NCBI GenBank assembly: GCA_045105515.1
Contig: JBGCDR010000156.1
Location: 66,061-130,060 of the forward strand
DNA length: 64,000 bases
Direction: 5' to 3'
Source: Oligoflexales bacterium
GTDB lineage: Bacteria > Bdellovibrionota_B > Oligoflexia > Oligoflexales > Bog-1112
Shown: piece by piece, positions 41,892 to 51,518 of the stretch
Layout: each line of letters opens with the position of its first letter
Position numbering within the stretch: the first letter of the stretch is position 1
The notes under the pieces: generated by a model
Told to the model about the DNA's origin: nothing
Databases searched by the model: none
The model's input: the letters and a program-made list of their open reading frames with translations, nothing else
Made by a program: the position numbers and the translations under genes

Positions 41892-44387
41892 ATGGAAGAC
41901 AAGCAATCCTCCCTGAGCGAATCCTTGAAGTGGATAAGAGCCTATCGAGAAGCAAGCTCTTTAGAACTATCTCCTTCAATCTTAGATTATATGAAAAACG
42001 AACTTCTTAATAAGCTCGGCGACTACCTACCCAGCCAGAAATCTGAATTGCCCTCAGATACACCAGGCAAAATCAAGGAGAAAAAATCTCGCGAACAAGT
42101 CGAGCTAGAGCTTAGAAAGCTTATAAAGAGTAATGCTAGTTGGCAATCGATTGCAGCTCGAGCCTGGCAGTTGTTTCGTTGTCATCCCACTGGAAAAACA
42201 GGTGCAAACCTAATTGAAATAGCCTTTCTATATGGTGGACTAAAAGAATCATGTGCTGTTCTCGAAAAACTTTTAGACTCAGACACCCGAAACATATACC
42301 AAAAAATTCACCCCGCTGTCAGAGCACAGTTGCTATGTCATATGTGGAGCCACCAAAAGGAAGCTAAGATTTGGCTTTACCTGGGTGACAACCAACACCG
42401 AGACTGGTTACACAATTTCGAAAAACTACTTCTTTTCATCTTCCTAAACAAACAAAGACAAGCGAGTTTATGTTGGTTGTTCTTTAGGTCTCATCAAATA
42501 GCAATTGAGAAAGGTATCAAAGAAATCGGCAAACAGATTGGAGTTTCTCTTTCTAGTGTTCATTTTTTAGCAGCCCGACAAGCTATTCAACTAGGAAGAA
42601 TCGAAGAAGCAAGCCAGTTAATTCAAACCATCCCTCCTAAGGCAAGTGAATATAAAGAATGCCTGAAACTGTTACATGGCCTAGGCACCCATGAAGATTT
42701 TTTCAAAGATAGTTCCTTTTATTCTCGTCTCTCCCAAGCAAAAAATTGGCAAGTAAAGATAAATTTATTTGAAAGCTTCCTTGAGCAATTAAATTCACCT
42801 GAGCCACCTCCAGCTAAAGATCTATTATCAGTAAATGCTTTGCTTGCTAAGCCACTAGACTGGCTACCTGAAGAAGGAGTGGCATGGGAACAACTAAGCA
42901 CCCTACTAATCCGCTATGTAGACCTTATTAAACAGCTACCAAATCTAACTAAGGTTTTCATTGACCATACCTATTTACTAAAACCCCAAGAGCTAGACCT
43001 AGGGCTATGGCGTCCTCTAGTTCAGTACACCGGACAAACAACCGAACTCAAACCCTTAATTGCTATTGCAAAGGTACATTATTTCCTATGCACATTATCA
43101 GAGTTTAATGAAGAGGTACTTTTTGAGGCGAGACGCGAGTTATTGAATATCCAAGATACTCAAACTCACAAACTACAAGGATTTCAATTATGGTCTACTG
43201 TCTGGGAGTGGCTTTTTGGGATACTAGATAAAAACCAGGATTTAACACCAACGAAAAAATCAAGGTTGTTAACGCTAGCCCTAGCCTGCAAAGATCCTCT
43301 AACCCTTAGCTGCGAAGAAATCGCAGAATACCTAAAAGCTTCTTACACCCGGCCACCTTGGTACACTATATCTGAGTTTCAACGTTTAGCACAGGAAAAG
43401 CAAGCAAACGAATTGGAACTGCTATGCATCTTAAAAAACAAGTGCTCCTGTAACCATTTCACTAATAAAGAACTTGAACGTCTTTGGCATCTCAGCATAA
43501 AACGAAACCGAAGTGACCTCGCCTGGAGAACCATTAGCATCTTAACAAACCGATGTTCCATTCCGGAACCTATTAGGCTTGCTTGGGAAATCTCGGGTGA
43601 ACATAAAAAACAATATCCTTTTATTAAACCTAGCCCAAAGCAAATAGACCAATGCCTAATTGGTTTTGAAACTAATGAAGTACGACTTATTTGGGCGTGC
43701 GTAAAACTTGGAGTTCAGGTTCCCATACTCTTAGCACAAGTAGATAAAATGATTCAGATCGATAAATTTAACTTCAGTCATTTTCGTCTAAAAGAAAGTA
43801 ATAAAATTAGTCAGGCTTTAGAATCAACGAAATGGTTTGCTACACCAAAAAGGGATTATAGTTTCATAGGCCAACCAGGAAATAAAGGTTTTGCAACCCC
43901 TGCATTTGGTGAAATTGTACTTCCTAACCCATGGAATCACTTAGTTGCGACAATTTGCCATCGTATGGGAATGGCAAGCTGGAAGTGGAGATTATCCAAT
44001 ATAAGTCAGGCAATAAAAGACCTAAAACCAAAACCCTCCCAAGGATGGCAACCTTTTGCGAAAGAGCATAGCCTCGGCAAATGGATCAAAACTCTAGATG
44101 CTGAGCAAAAAAGTGCTTGGCAGGACCTAAGCCATATCAGCCAGAAAATGAGTGATGAGCAGAGTTTCAGAGCATTGTCATGTTTTGTTGTACGGCTAGC
44201 AACACTTATTCACCAAAGCCATCATCTTGCAATATATTCCCTGCAAAAAATGCGTGCCCCAATTTTTCTTATTTGGGACTTGGAAGCTTGGATCCTTTCA
44301 CCTGCCTATTCCAGATTGAGAGTAGAGTGCCAATGGGAACATGATATTGACATTCCAAGCTCCTTACAAAAAGATTCCATTTTATAA
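41892..44387 (+). CDS. Large alpha-helical (TPR-like) hypothetical protein
   Basis: 831-aa ORF; TPR-like segment AARQAIQLGRIEEASQLIQTIP. Confidence 0.65.
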   Translation: MEDKQSSLSESLKWIRAYREASSLELSPSILDYMKNELLNKLGDYLPSQKSELPSDTPGKIKEKKSREQVELELRKLIKSNASWQSIAARAWQLFRCHPTGKTGANLIEIAFLYGGLKESCAVLEKLLDSDTRNIYQKIHPAVRAQLLCHMWSHQKEAKIWLYLGDNQHRDWLHNFEKLLLFIFLNKQRQASLCWLFFRSHQIAIEKGIKEIGKQIGVSLSSVHFLAARQAIQLGRIEEASQLIQTIPPKASEYKECLKLLHGLGTHEDFFKDSSFYSRLSQAKNWQVKINLFESFLEQLNSPEPPPAKDLLSVNALLAKPLDWLPEEGVAWEQLSTLLIRYVDLIKQLPNLTKVFIDHTYLLKPQELDLGLWRPLVQYTGQTTELKPLIAIAKVHYFLCTLSEFNEEVLFEARRELLNIQDTQTHKLQGFQLWSTVWEWLFGILDKNQDLTPTKKSRLLTLALACKDPLTLSCEEIAEYLKASYTRPPWYTISEFQRLAQEKQANELELLCILKNKCSCNHFTNKELERLWHLSIKRNRSDLAWRTISILTNRCSIPEPIRLAWEISGEHKKQYPFIKPSPKQIDQCLIGFETNEVRLIWACVKLGVQVPILLAQVDKMIQIDKFNFSHFRLKESNKISQALESTKWFATPKRDYSFIGQPGNKGFATPAFGEIVLPNPWNHLVATICHRMGMASWKWRLSNISQAIKDLKPKPSQGWQPFAKEHSLGKWIKTLDAEQKSAWQDLSHISQKMSDEQSFRALSCFVVRLATLIHQSHHLAIYSLQKMRAPIFLIWDLEAWILSPAYSRLRVECQWEHDIDIPSSLQKDSIL

Positions 44388-44403
44388 TGATTTACTTATA
44401 TTC

Positions 44404-45372
44404 TTAGTCTCGAAGCTTTTTAAGAGATACATGCACTCGATCAGGCACAAACTTGACTCTAGCCTTCTTCATATGCCCTCGTTTTATTTCTTTTCTGAAA
44501 AGATGCCAGACAAATTCTAGTCTGTCAGAACTTGATAAGCTGAATAAACTAGCTAGTACCGCACCTAAGAACCTTTTTTGAATCAACTCATTGCCTACCA
44601 AGTCAAAACCCCAATGTACTTTGTGAATACTTGGATATTGAGCATCAGTATGAGTAGCACCGATGAGACTAACCTCAGCAATAGGTCCACCAATAAGATG
44701 AAAAAACTGCGACCTTTTCTTGGACTTAAAAACACTCTTGTCAGCTCCCAATAAAACTGATGGCGCAGATATATTTTTAAGAGCCTCTTTTACTGAGCTA
44801 TGAACCATAGCTGGATCTAGGAGTATGAGTCCACGCACAGGAGCACCAAAACCAGTTGCTAAAACGGAAGCAGAACCTCCGAATGAGTGACCAATCAAAT
44901 AAATTTTCTCTTGATTAAAACGTTTTGCCAGTAGACGCGGATAAGATTTAATAAGTGAAACCAGCCTTCTAATTTTTTTACCGTTTTGTAACCATTGGTT
45001 GCGGTTAGGGAGGTTCAAAACTAGGCAATGAAACCCCCAAGAGGCTATCCTCTCAGCTTGAACTCTGTGAGCTAGCTTATTATAGCCATTTCCATGTACA
45101 ATGATTGCTAAAGCTGGGTTAAACCGATTACTAGTTCGAAAGAAGTCGGTGTTTATTTTATGCTTTGGGGATATTGTGATACTAAAATCGATGAACTTCT
45201 TGAAAGAAAATGGACCTTGTGAGAAGAACACATCCAATTCCAAATCATCTGAAATTACTTGCTGCTTTAGAGTTGGCCAATGGCTAGAGAAGCTCGATTC
45301 TATTTCAGGCTGATGAACACAAGCATAAATGCTCAGCAACAGCCAAATACCTATAAATCTATACCCCATCAT
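44404..45372 (-). CDS. Alpha/beta hydrolase (chlorophyllase/cutinase-like), probable lipoprotein
   Basis: IVHG, nucleophile elbow GHSFGG, LLDP, GATHTD; lipobox-like IYAC. Confidence 0.8.
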   Translation of the reverse strand: MMGYRFIGIWLLLSIYACVHQPEIESSFSSHWPTLKQQVISDDLELDVFFSQGPFSFKKFIDFSITISPKHKINTDFFRTSNRFNPALAIIVHGNGYNKLAHRVQAERIASWGFHCLVLNLPNRNQWLQNGKKIRRLVSLIKSYPRLLAKRFNQEKIYLIGHSFGGSASVLATGFGAPVRGLILLDPAMVHSSVKEALKNISAPSVLLGADKSVFKSKKRSQFFHLIGGPIAEVSLIGATHTDAQYPSIHKVHWGFDLVGNELIQKRFLGAVLASLFSLSSSDRLEFVWHLFRKEIKRGHMKKARVKFVPDRVHVSLKKLRD

Positions 45373-45381
45373 ATCAAAAAG

Positions 45382-45672
45382 CTAATCCCGGTAATGACGC
45401 TCATATTTCTGAGCTTTAGCTTGCCAAGGTTTGTAAACCCACTGTTCGACTGGTGGGTATAGCATCAAGGGAATTCCTAGCAAAACCACTGGAATTGCTG
45501 TGTAAACCCAAGACTTGTCTTGCTCTATCACATGATTAGCGATCACCATAACCATGACCACATAAACTGCTATAAATATGAAGGAAAATCCAGCCCTTTT
45601 GGTCTTGTTGATTAATAAGTGGCTGTAATATTTGACAAGTTCTTTATTTAATTGACTTTTGTTTTTTGACAT
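45382..45672 (-). CDS. Small two-TM membrane protein
   Basis: Two hydrophobic segments; likely ATG 45672 after AAGGA (track start 45705). Confidence 0.65.
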   Translation of the reverse strand: MSKNKSQLNKELVKYYSHLLINKTKRAGFSFIFIAVYVVMVMVIANHVIEQDKSWVYTAIPVVLLGIPLMLYPPVEQWVYKPWQAKAQKYERHYRD

Positions 45673-45855
45673 TAGAGTTTCCTTATATCGAGTCAGGAGA
45701 ACCAAAAGGCCTTATAATTAAAAATCCGAAATAGAGACCAATCCGTAGCTCAGACCGATTAAACTCTCTAAGATTCTTGTCGGAATTGCAGGCAGACTCT
45801 TGAGAAAAAGAAGTGTTAAAATATCCCTAATGCAATAGACTCAAAGGATGCAATA

Positions 45856-46896
45856 ATGAATCAAGTCCCTAGAAAATCAGTATCTACCATTCTGACAATT
45901 TTGATTTTTACCTTTCTTTCATATGAGCTAAAGGCAGTGGTACCCACTAAAAGTGCTAGCTCCGGTAGGATTAAGTTTCTTAACCAGAGTGTTGACTTCG
46001 GTAAAGTAGCCCAGGGCCAAATACTAAAATACCGCTTCCATTTTAAAAATGAGGGAGAAGGGCCACTTAGAATATTGGGAATCCATGCGACATGTGGATG
46101 CACAGCGATTGAATCTGCATTTGATAAACCTTATCCTAAAGGTGAGCATGGATACATTGATATAAAATTTGACACTAGCTCTTTCATTGGGCTAACCCAC
46201 AAGGCTGTTACAGTTATGACCAATGAAAAATTAAGCCCAAATAGAACTTTGAGCTTAAAAGCAAGAATTGTAGCAGACTATCTAGTTAGTAAACCTGTAT
46301 TAGATTTTGGCAATATATCTACAGGTACAGACAAATCAGAAGTTCTAGTCATTTCACCAATCAAAGATTTTCCATTGCTAATTTCAAAAATTAGTTATGA
46401 TGAGTCCAACTATCAAATCGACTACGAAAAGATAAAAAACGATTGGAAACTAAATGTCATTCTAAAGAAACGAGAAAAGATAGGATTTCTAAAAGATCAG
46501 ATTATCATTCACACCAATAGCAAATCACTACCCGAATTTAAGCTAATAGTTCGGGCATTTATAGAGGGACCAATCAACCTTAAACCAGAGTATATAGAAT
46601 TTGGAGCTGTAAGAAAAAATAAAATCTCCAAGCGTCTGATAAAATTAAACTCAATAAGTTCTTTTGCTATTAAAAATGGCTCTGCTAACTTACATCTAAA
46701 TGGTATGGAAATCAAAGAAACTGAAAATATTATTTCATGGAAAACCAGCAAGGCTAATAGTAATGGACAAGAAATTGAGTTGACCTTACAGAATCTAACC
46801 AAAGACTCTGGAAGTGTTCATGGAAACTTAACTTTCATAACAGACGACCCAGTTCAAAAAGAGATATTCATTGATTTTTATGCCTTTTTCTTGTAA
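45856..46896 (+). CDS. DUF1573 (Ig-like repeat) exported protein
   Basis: DFGKVAQG..F.FKNEGEGPL.I..IHATCGCT motif with further DFG/EFG repeats; signal peptide. Confidence 0.85.
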   Translation: MNQVPRKSVSTILTILIFTFLSYELKAVVPTKSASSGRIKFLNQSVDFGKVAQGQILKYRFHFKNEGEGPLRILGIHATCGCTAIESAFDKPYPKGEHGYIDIKFDTSSFIGLTHKAVTVMTNEKLSPNRTLSLKARIVADYLVSKPVLDFGNISTGTDKSEVLVISPIKDFPLLISKISYDESNYQIDYEKIKNDWKLNVILKKREKIGFLKDQIIIHTNSKSLPEFKLIVRAFIEGPINLKPEYIEFGAVRKNKISKRLIKLNSISSFAIKNGSANLHLNGMEIKETENIISWKTSKANSNGQEIELTLQNLTKDSGSVHGNLTFITDDPVQKEIFIDFYAFFL

Positions 46897-46933
46897 CTAA
46901 AGTGGATAGAGTTTTTTAGTAATTCCTGGAGAT

Positions 46934-47071
46934 ATGATGGTTATTTTTATATCGATCATTTCCTCGATCCTGTTTTTAGCAGGCATCGTGGCTTACTGGT
47001 ATGTTAGCACCCCATTGAAGAGCTTGCCTACCTGGAATCAATTGAATGAAAATGATAAAGGTGATAAATAG
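46934..47071 (+). CDS. Small single-TM protein, 45 aa (below the ORF-track cutoff)
   Basis: MMVIFISIISSILFLAGIVAYWYVSTPLKSLPTWNQLNENDKGDK*; GGAG just upstream; fills the intergenic gap. Confidence 0.5.
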   Translation: MMVIFISIISSILFLAGIVAYWYVSTPLKSLPTWNQLNENDKGDK

Positions 47072-47083
47072 CTTGTAGTTTTC

Positions 47084-49108
47084 TTATGCCGCATTCAAAG
47101 GAAGGTTCATTTTCAAACCGTCGTCAAATTCAAAAAAGATCATTGATGAATCTAGGCCTATTGAAATTGACTGTGAACCGAGTTTAATCTTTCTTGGTCC
47201 ATCTTTTATCAAGTCATAATTGAATTGGAACTGAGCACCTGAGGTGAAAGTAATTATAAAATCTCCATTTTCTTTCACATCAAAACCTTCAAATTGAAAC
47301 TGACCAGCTTGAGACTTAGCTGTTCTAATGTCCCTTAAAGGTGATAACGTTTTTTGCTCCTCTATATTTTCCCCTAGGCTTGCACCTTCTCCCTCTACTT
47401 TCCTAAGAACTGCATTCCTATCCTGTTCATTGGTATCTGGCTCATGAATAGCTTGTGAGTCCCTGATATCATCATTTATTCTCTGTTCCATTTCATCAGC
47501 TTCTTTAGAATCTATTTCTTGCAAATCTTCATCAGAAGCATCAAACATAAGGTTTTCGTCTTCCTCAATGTCTGAAGTCTCTAGAAGATCTTCCTCTAGA
47601 TCTGATGGAATCTGCTCCTCACCCGACAAAGACAAAACTTCTTCATCTTCCAAGTCATCTTCTATTTCATCATCAAGATCGTCTAGATCTTCTTCTGAAA
47701 TTTCGCTAAGCTCGAGGTCATCATCATCGTCGAGATCCTCGTTTTCAGATTCGCCTATATCTTCAGCTGGGGGTATTACTGATTCTGAGGATTCATGCTC
47801 TTCAGTGCCAATAACCAAGTCACCATCAAGCTCACTATCTTCTCCAGTGACTGGCTGAATTACTTCCAGCCCATCATTACTAGATTGATCAAGTTCCTCG
47901 TCTCCAATTTCTAAATCTGCATCTCCAGCCTCAAAGTCTGACAGCTCTAAATCTTCGTCATCAGCCATAGAGTCCAATTGTTGTAACTCCTCTTCTTGCT
48001 CTATTCTTTCTCCTTCGGACTCTGCTGCTGCTAACCTTTCTTCTACATCTATGTCTGAATCTAGTTGACTTTCATCAACATCAGCAAATTCGTCTTCTTC
48101 AATTGCTTCTATTTCATCACTCAACGTTTCATCTTGACCTTCTTCAAGCTCTGTATCCAACTCCAACTCATCACTGTCTACAAAATCGCTATCCACTCCA
48201 TCATCGATAAATTGATCTGTCACCTCTTCTGAGGAACTGATTTCGTCTTCAGAATCTTCTTCTAAAGTTCCTTGATCAAAATCATCAACTTCTTCTAGAT
48301 CTGAAAAATCTTCTCCCTCGATATTTTCCGAAACCAGACCCTGCTCACCCTCATCCGGAAGTTCCATTTCCAGATTATCCTCTTGCTCCACCTGGTTCTC
48401 AGAATCTAATGGCTGCTCAAGGGAATTCGAATCACCAAACAAGTCATCCCCACCAGCAGCATCTTGACTATAAGGAGCTAAAACTTCGGCAAACTTTGAG
48501 ACACCAACTCGATCCATGACATCCTGAAGAGACTCAGCCTCTTCTGCTGAATCCTGATATAGCTGAACGATATTATGGATCATGGTAGGTAGTTTCGCTT
48601 CGGGAACACCCTCAGCCATAAAAGTAGCCATCTCTGGGATCTGGCTGTTTTTTCCGCCCATACTTATTCTATAGCCTTGTTCATCACCGACAATAGAAAT
48701 ATCGAGAGTATGGCAGGGTACGCAGCATTGTGCGCAACCGTTTATACCGATTTTTAGTGGATTATCGACGCTAAGCCGGCTCATTTCTTCAGTAATTTTT
48801 AGCGCACTACCTAGCGCGTCCTGTTGATATTCTGGACACAGCTCTCCAATGCAGGTCGTTGGTTGATGTAGCCCATCCTGATAGTGCCTAACACCTAAAC
48901 CTATAGTCTTTAGCTCAGCTACGATCCCATCAGCTTTATCTTCACCAACAAATAGTGCTAAACGTTGATCCTCAGTTACTTTTACAATAGCCGAGTCTTC
49001 ATCTGCTAGTGATGCAATTTTTTTAAGTTGCTCTGAATTATAAATACCACCAGGAGCTTCTGTTGTAATCAACAGCGATCCATTACGTAACTTAAACGCT
49101 GCTCCCAT
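47084..49108 (-). CDS. Nitrite/sulfite-reductase-like Fe-S domain fused to a long Asp/Glu-rich disordered region
   Basis: PGGIYNSEQLKKIA..VKVTEDQRL, CIGELC, LKIGINGCAQCC..DISIVG..GYRISMGG; roughly aa 215-590 are acidic and low-complexity. Confidence 0.75.
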   Translation of the reverse strand: MGAAFKLRNGSLLITTEAPGGIYNSEQLKKIASLADEDSAIVKVTEDQRLALFVGEDKADGIVAELKTIGLGVRHYQDGLHQPTTCIGELCPEYQQDALGSALKITEEMSRLSVDNPLKIGINGCAQCCVPCHTLDISIVGDEQGYRISMGGKNSQIPEMATFMAEGVPEAKLPTMIHNIVQLYQDSAEEAESLQDVMDRVGVSKFAEVLAPYSQDAAGGDDLFGDSNSLEQPLDSENQVEQEDNLEMELPDEGEQGLVSENIEGEDFSDLEEVDDFDQGTLEEDSEDEISSSEEVTDQFIDDGVDSDFVDSDELELDTELEEGQDETLSDEIEAIEEDEFADVDESQLDSDIDVEERLAAAESEGERIEQEEELQQLDSMADDEDLELSDFEAGDADLEIGDEELDQSSNDGLEVIQPVTGEDSELDGDLVIGTEEHESSESVIPPAEDIGESENEDLDDDDDLELSEISEEDLDDLDDEIEDDLEDEEVLSLSGEEQIPSDLEEDLLETSDIEEDENLMFDASDEDLQEIDSKEADEMEQRINDDIRDSQAIHEPDTNEQDRNAVLRKVEGEGASLGENIEEQKTLSPLRDIRTAKSQAGQFQFEGFDVKENGDFIITFTSGAQFQFNYDLIKDGPRKIKLGSQSISIGLDSSMIFFEFDDGLKMNLPLNAA

Positions 49109-49162
49109 TTATTTATCCTCATTTAATCGCATAATGACAATACAATACAACATTTACCCCAA

Positions 49163-49189
49163 ACATCGGCATACTCTAGGAATTCTTTA
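49163..49189 (-). promoter_or_regulatory. Sigma28/FliA-type promoter
   Basis: TAAA-N15-GCCGATGT, about 55 bp upstream of the ATG at 49108. Confidence 0.6.
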
Positions 49190-49286
49190 TTTTTACACTA
49201 GGAAGCTTGTACCGGCTTGATTTGAAAGGGGGGCAAAAGAAGGAAATTAACTATAGATAATTGATCGTTAAGCCCAATAATTGGGC

Positions 49287-50189
49287 TTAATTTAAAAATT
49301 CCAAATAGTCTCTAAGCCTGTGATTCATGAGAGCCTTGGATACCCAGAAAGATTCAGCTAACTGCATCACCAGGTCAATGGAGCTGTCAACTCTTTCCAC
49401 TTCTTTTCTAAGTAGATTTCCTGGGATTAAAAGACTTCCCGCAAAAATGTTGGCTTGAATCTCTTGTACTTCTTGAGGAGTTCCCGAAAATTGCTCACCA
49501 AAGTCTATTTTATTTGCAGTTAAGAATTTAAAAAGCTCTTTTGCAACGAGAAAACGTATATATGGCCTAATCTCTGGCCCTTTGTACTGAATCAACAGCT
49601 TTGCTGATTTTCCTTCTCCCTCACGAAAACATTTGTAACTTATTTCTAAAGATTCGTTTTTTTCCAAAACTAGATTAGGGTACAGTTGGTAGACTTCCGG
49701 AATATAAATAGGGGCTTCTTCAAAGTGGCCCGCACTGAGAACCTGCTCAGATGCTTCTACCACCTTGTTACGATCAATATCAAACAGTTCTTCAAATGAC
49801 TTAAGACTATTATCTTTCTGCCACTTTCCCGGGTTTTTAAAAAAATCTTTTTTCAAATTCTCTAGGTGTTGCCCATCCAACGAAAAACTACCGTATCCTC
49901 GGTACTCAAAAATAGCTTCTTCTAAGCCGATCTTGCCTGCGGCAATCTCTATAAGCAGGCGTTCATCTAAATTTAGGTGGTCAGCAATACTACGCAAGGT
50001 TGCGAGAGCATGAATATTTTTTTTGCCTTTTTTCCAATGACTGCAGTCTGCGGGATCATATCCCAAGATAGAACCTACGTCCTGGTCAATTACTTTGACA
50101 TTCCCCTCATAGCGAATTTCCAGAGCTTCCTTGCAAAACTTAAACAGAGTTGCAGAGTGGGGGTAGCGATTTTCGGCAGTTTTCTTCAT
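49287..50189 (-). CDS. HTH plus ImmA/IrrE-like domain protein with degenerate HExxH
   Basis: HTH-like DQDVGSILGYDPADCSHWKKG; RFLVAKELFK in place of RFTxAHELGH; EIQANIFAGSLLIP; LAESFWVS. Confidence 0.75.
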   Translation of the reverse strand: MKKTAENRYPHSATLFKFCKEALEIRYEGNVKVIDQDVGSILGYDPADCSHWKKGKKNIHALATLRSIADHLNLDERLLIEIAAGKIGLEEAIFEYRGYGSFSLDGQHLENLKKDFFKNPGKWQKDNSLKSFEELFDIDRNKVVEASEQVLSAGHFEEAPIYIPEVYQLYPNLVLEKNESLEISYKCFREGEGKSAKLLIQYKGPEIRPYIRFLVAKELFKFLTANKIDFGEQFSGTPQEVQEIQANIFAGSLLIPGNLLRKEVERVDSSIDLVMQLAESFWVSKALMNHRLRDYLEFLN

Positions 50190-50555
50190 GATGAATATCC
50201 CTTATGCTCTCAGCAATCACACCTATTCCCGTGCTGGATAAAGCAAACAGGAAGGAAGCTATCTCATGTCAATCTAAGTTTTTAAAATCATATCTAATTG
50301 TGCGTCTGTTTCCATTACAATCGAATTCTTATACTTCGTCAATGTCAGAAGTGTTATCTCAAGCTTCTTGAATTGAAGAAATGGTTCAATTAATTCTAAT
50401 CAATATTGAAGAATTTAGGAAATAAAAAGCCCTGCCAGTAGCAGTTTATGCACTGGAAATTTTTCGTGGCTTTAGAAGAATGTGCTATTAGTAGAGAAAA
50501 ATTACTGGAGAACAAGCTATACAGCACCTATGGCTTGATTGCTCTCCCCCTAGCT

Positions 50556-51068
50556 TTAACCTTCAGTAGCTTTACTAACTGGCTTCTTGATTAATTTTAC
50601 TGGCTCTAATATAGCGAGGGCGATTGGACCCGGCACGGAATTAAACTTGCAATCTACCGCTTCTCCTACTCGGTTAAGCAGCTCATATGCCCGTTCTGGA
50701 TTTTCTCTCTCCCTACCTTTTAGTCGGACGGAAATCTTAACCTTATCACCCTTTTTCAAAAACTTATCAATCTTGCTAATTTTTGTAGAAAGGTCATGGT
50801 CAGAAATATTAATCTTAAACTGAATTTCTTTCAGCGAAGAACTAGGCTTGTTAGCTTTTTTGGCTTTCTTTTTTTCGTACTCTAGTTTTTTAAAGTCCTG
50901 AATGCGCACGACTGGTGGTAACACCGTATCGCTCACTAAAACCAAATCTAACCCGAGATCTTCAGCTCGCCCAAAGGCATCGTTGATATGAATGATCTCG
51001 TTAACGCCGTTTCCTACAATCCTTACCTTACTAAGTTTATGGGGTGATGTTCTACTAAGTATCTCCAA
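50556..51068 (-). CDS. infC: Translation initiation factor IF-3 (stand-alone copy)
   Basis: VRIV, A..LGLDLVLVS, PPVVRIQDF, KEIQF..I..HD..TK, GDKVKISVRLKGRE; start probably TTG 51068 (GAGG 7 nt upstream) or GTG 51083. Confidence 0.9.
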   Translation of the reverse strand: MEILSRTSPHKLSKVRIVGNGVNEIIHINDAFGRAEDLGLDLVLVSDTVLPPVVRIQDFKKLEYEKKKAKKANKPSSSLKEIQFKINISDHDLSTKISKIDKFLKKGDKVKISVRLKGRERENPERAYELLNRVGEAVDCKFNSVPGPIALAILEPVKLIKKPVSKATEG

Positions 51069-51120
51069 AAAATTTCCTCTCACCTGAGTTAATGAATGAA
51101 AAATAAACTATAATGCAAGA

Positions 51121-51136
51121 AGCAATTTATATGCCA
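51121..51136 (-). promoter_or_regulatory. Sigma54 (-24/-12) promoter upstream of infC
   Basis: Minus strand TGGCATATAAATTGCT (GG-N10-GC), one mismatch to TGGCAC-N5-TTGCW. Confidence 0.65.
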
Positions 51137-51518
51137 AACAATGCAATTTTTTTATAGCCTGGATTAAACTTCTCCATCAAGACCGTTGTCGGCTGAAGTG
51201 CTGGCTTACTCGTTGTAAGAAGAAAATTTTCTCTATCTTCAGGTCTTTACATCTGATCAAACATTGTGAACAGAAGAGTATGCCAAGCCTCACCTTATAA
51301 CGTAGCGGAAAATATAACAGACCATAATCATTTGATAAGTCTTTTTATCTATCTCGCAGTAAACTTAATAGCAATTATAGTCATCTTTTCCAAGCCATAA
51401 TAGAGCAGCTTAAAGCCCGATCTGTAAAAGTCCGGGCAGAATAGCTGTATATTTTCCATTCATATCTTGCAAGCTATATTTCATGCTAAAGCAAATCCTC
51501 AAAGCTTGAAGAACAAGA

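Noticed and set aside
47400..48450. CRISPR or DNA tandem repeat in the TCTTC/TCATC-rich tract
   Set aside because: It is codon-level low complexity from Asp/Glu runs; there is no fixed repeat-spacer period.
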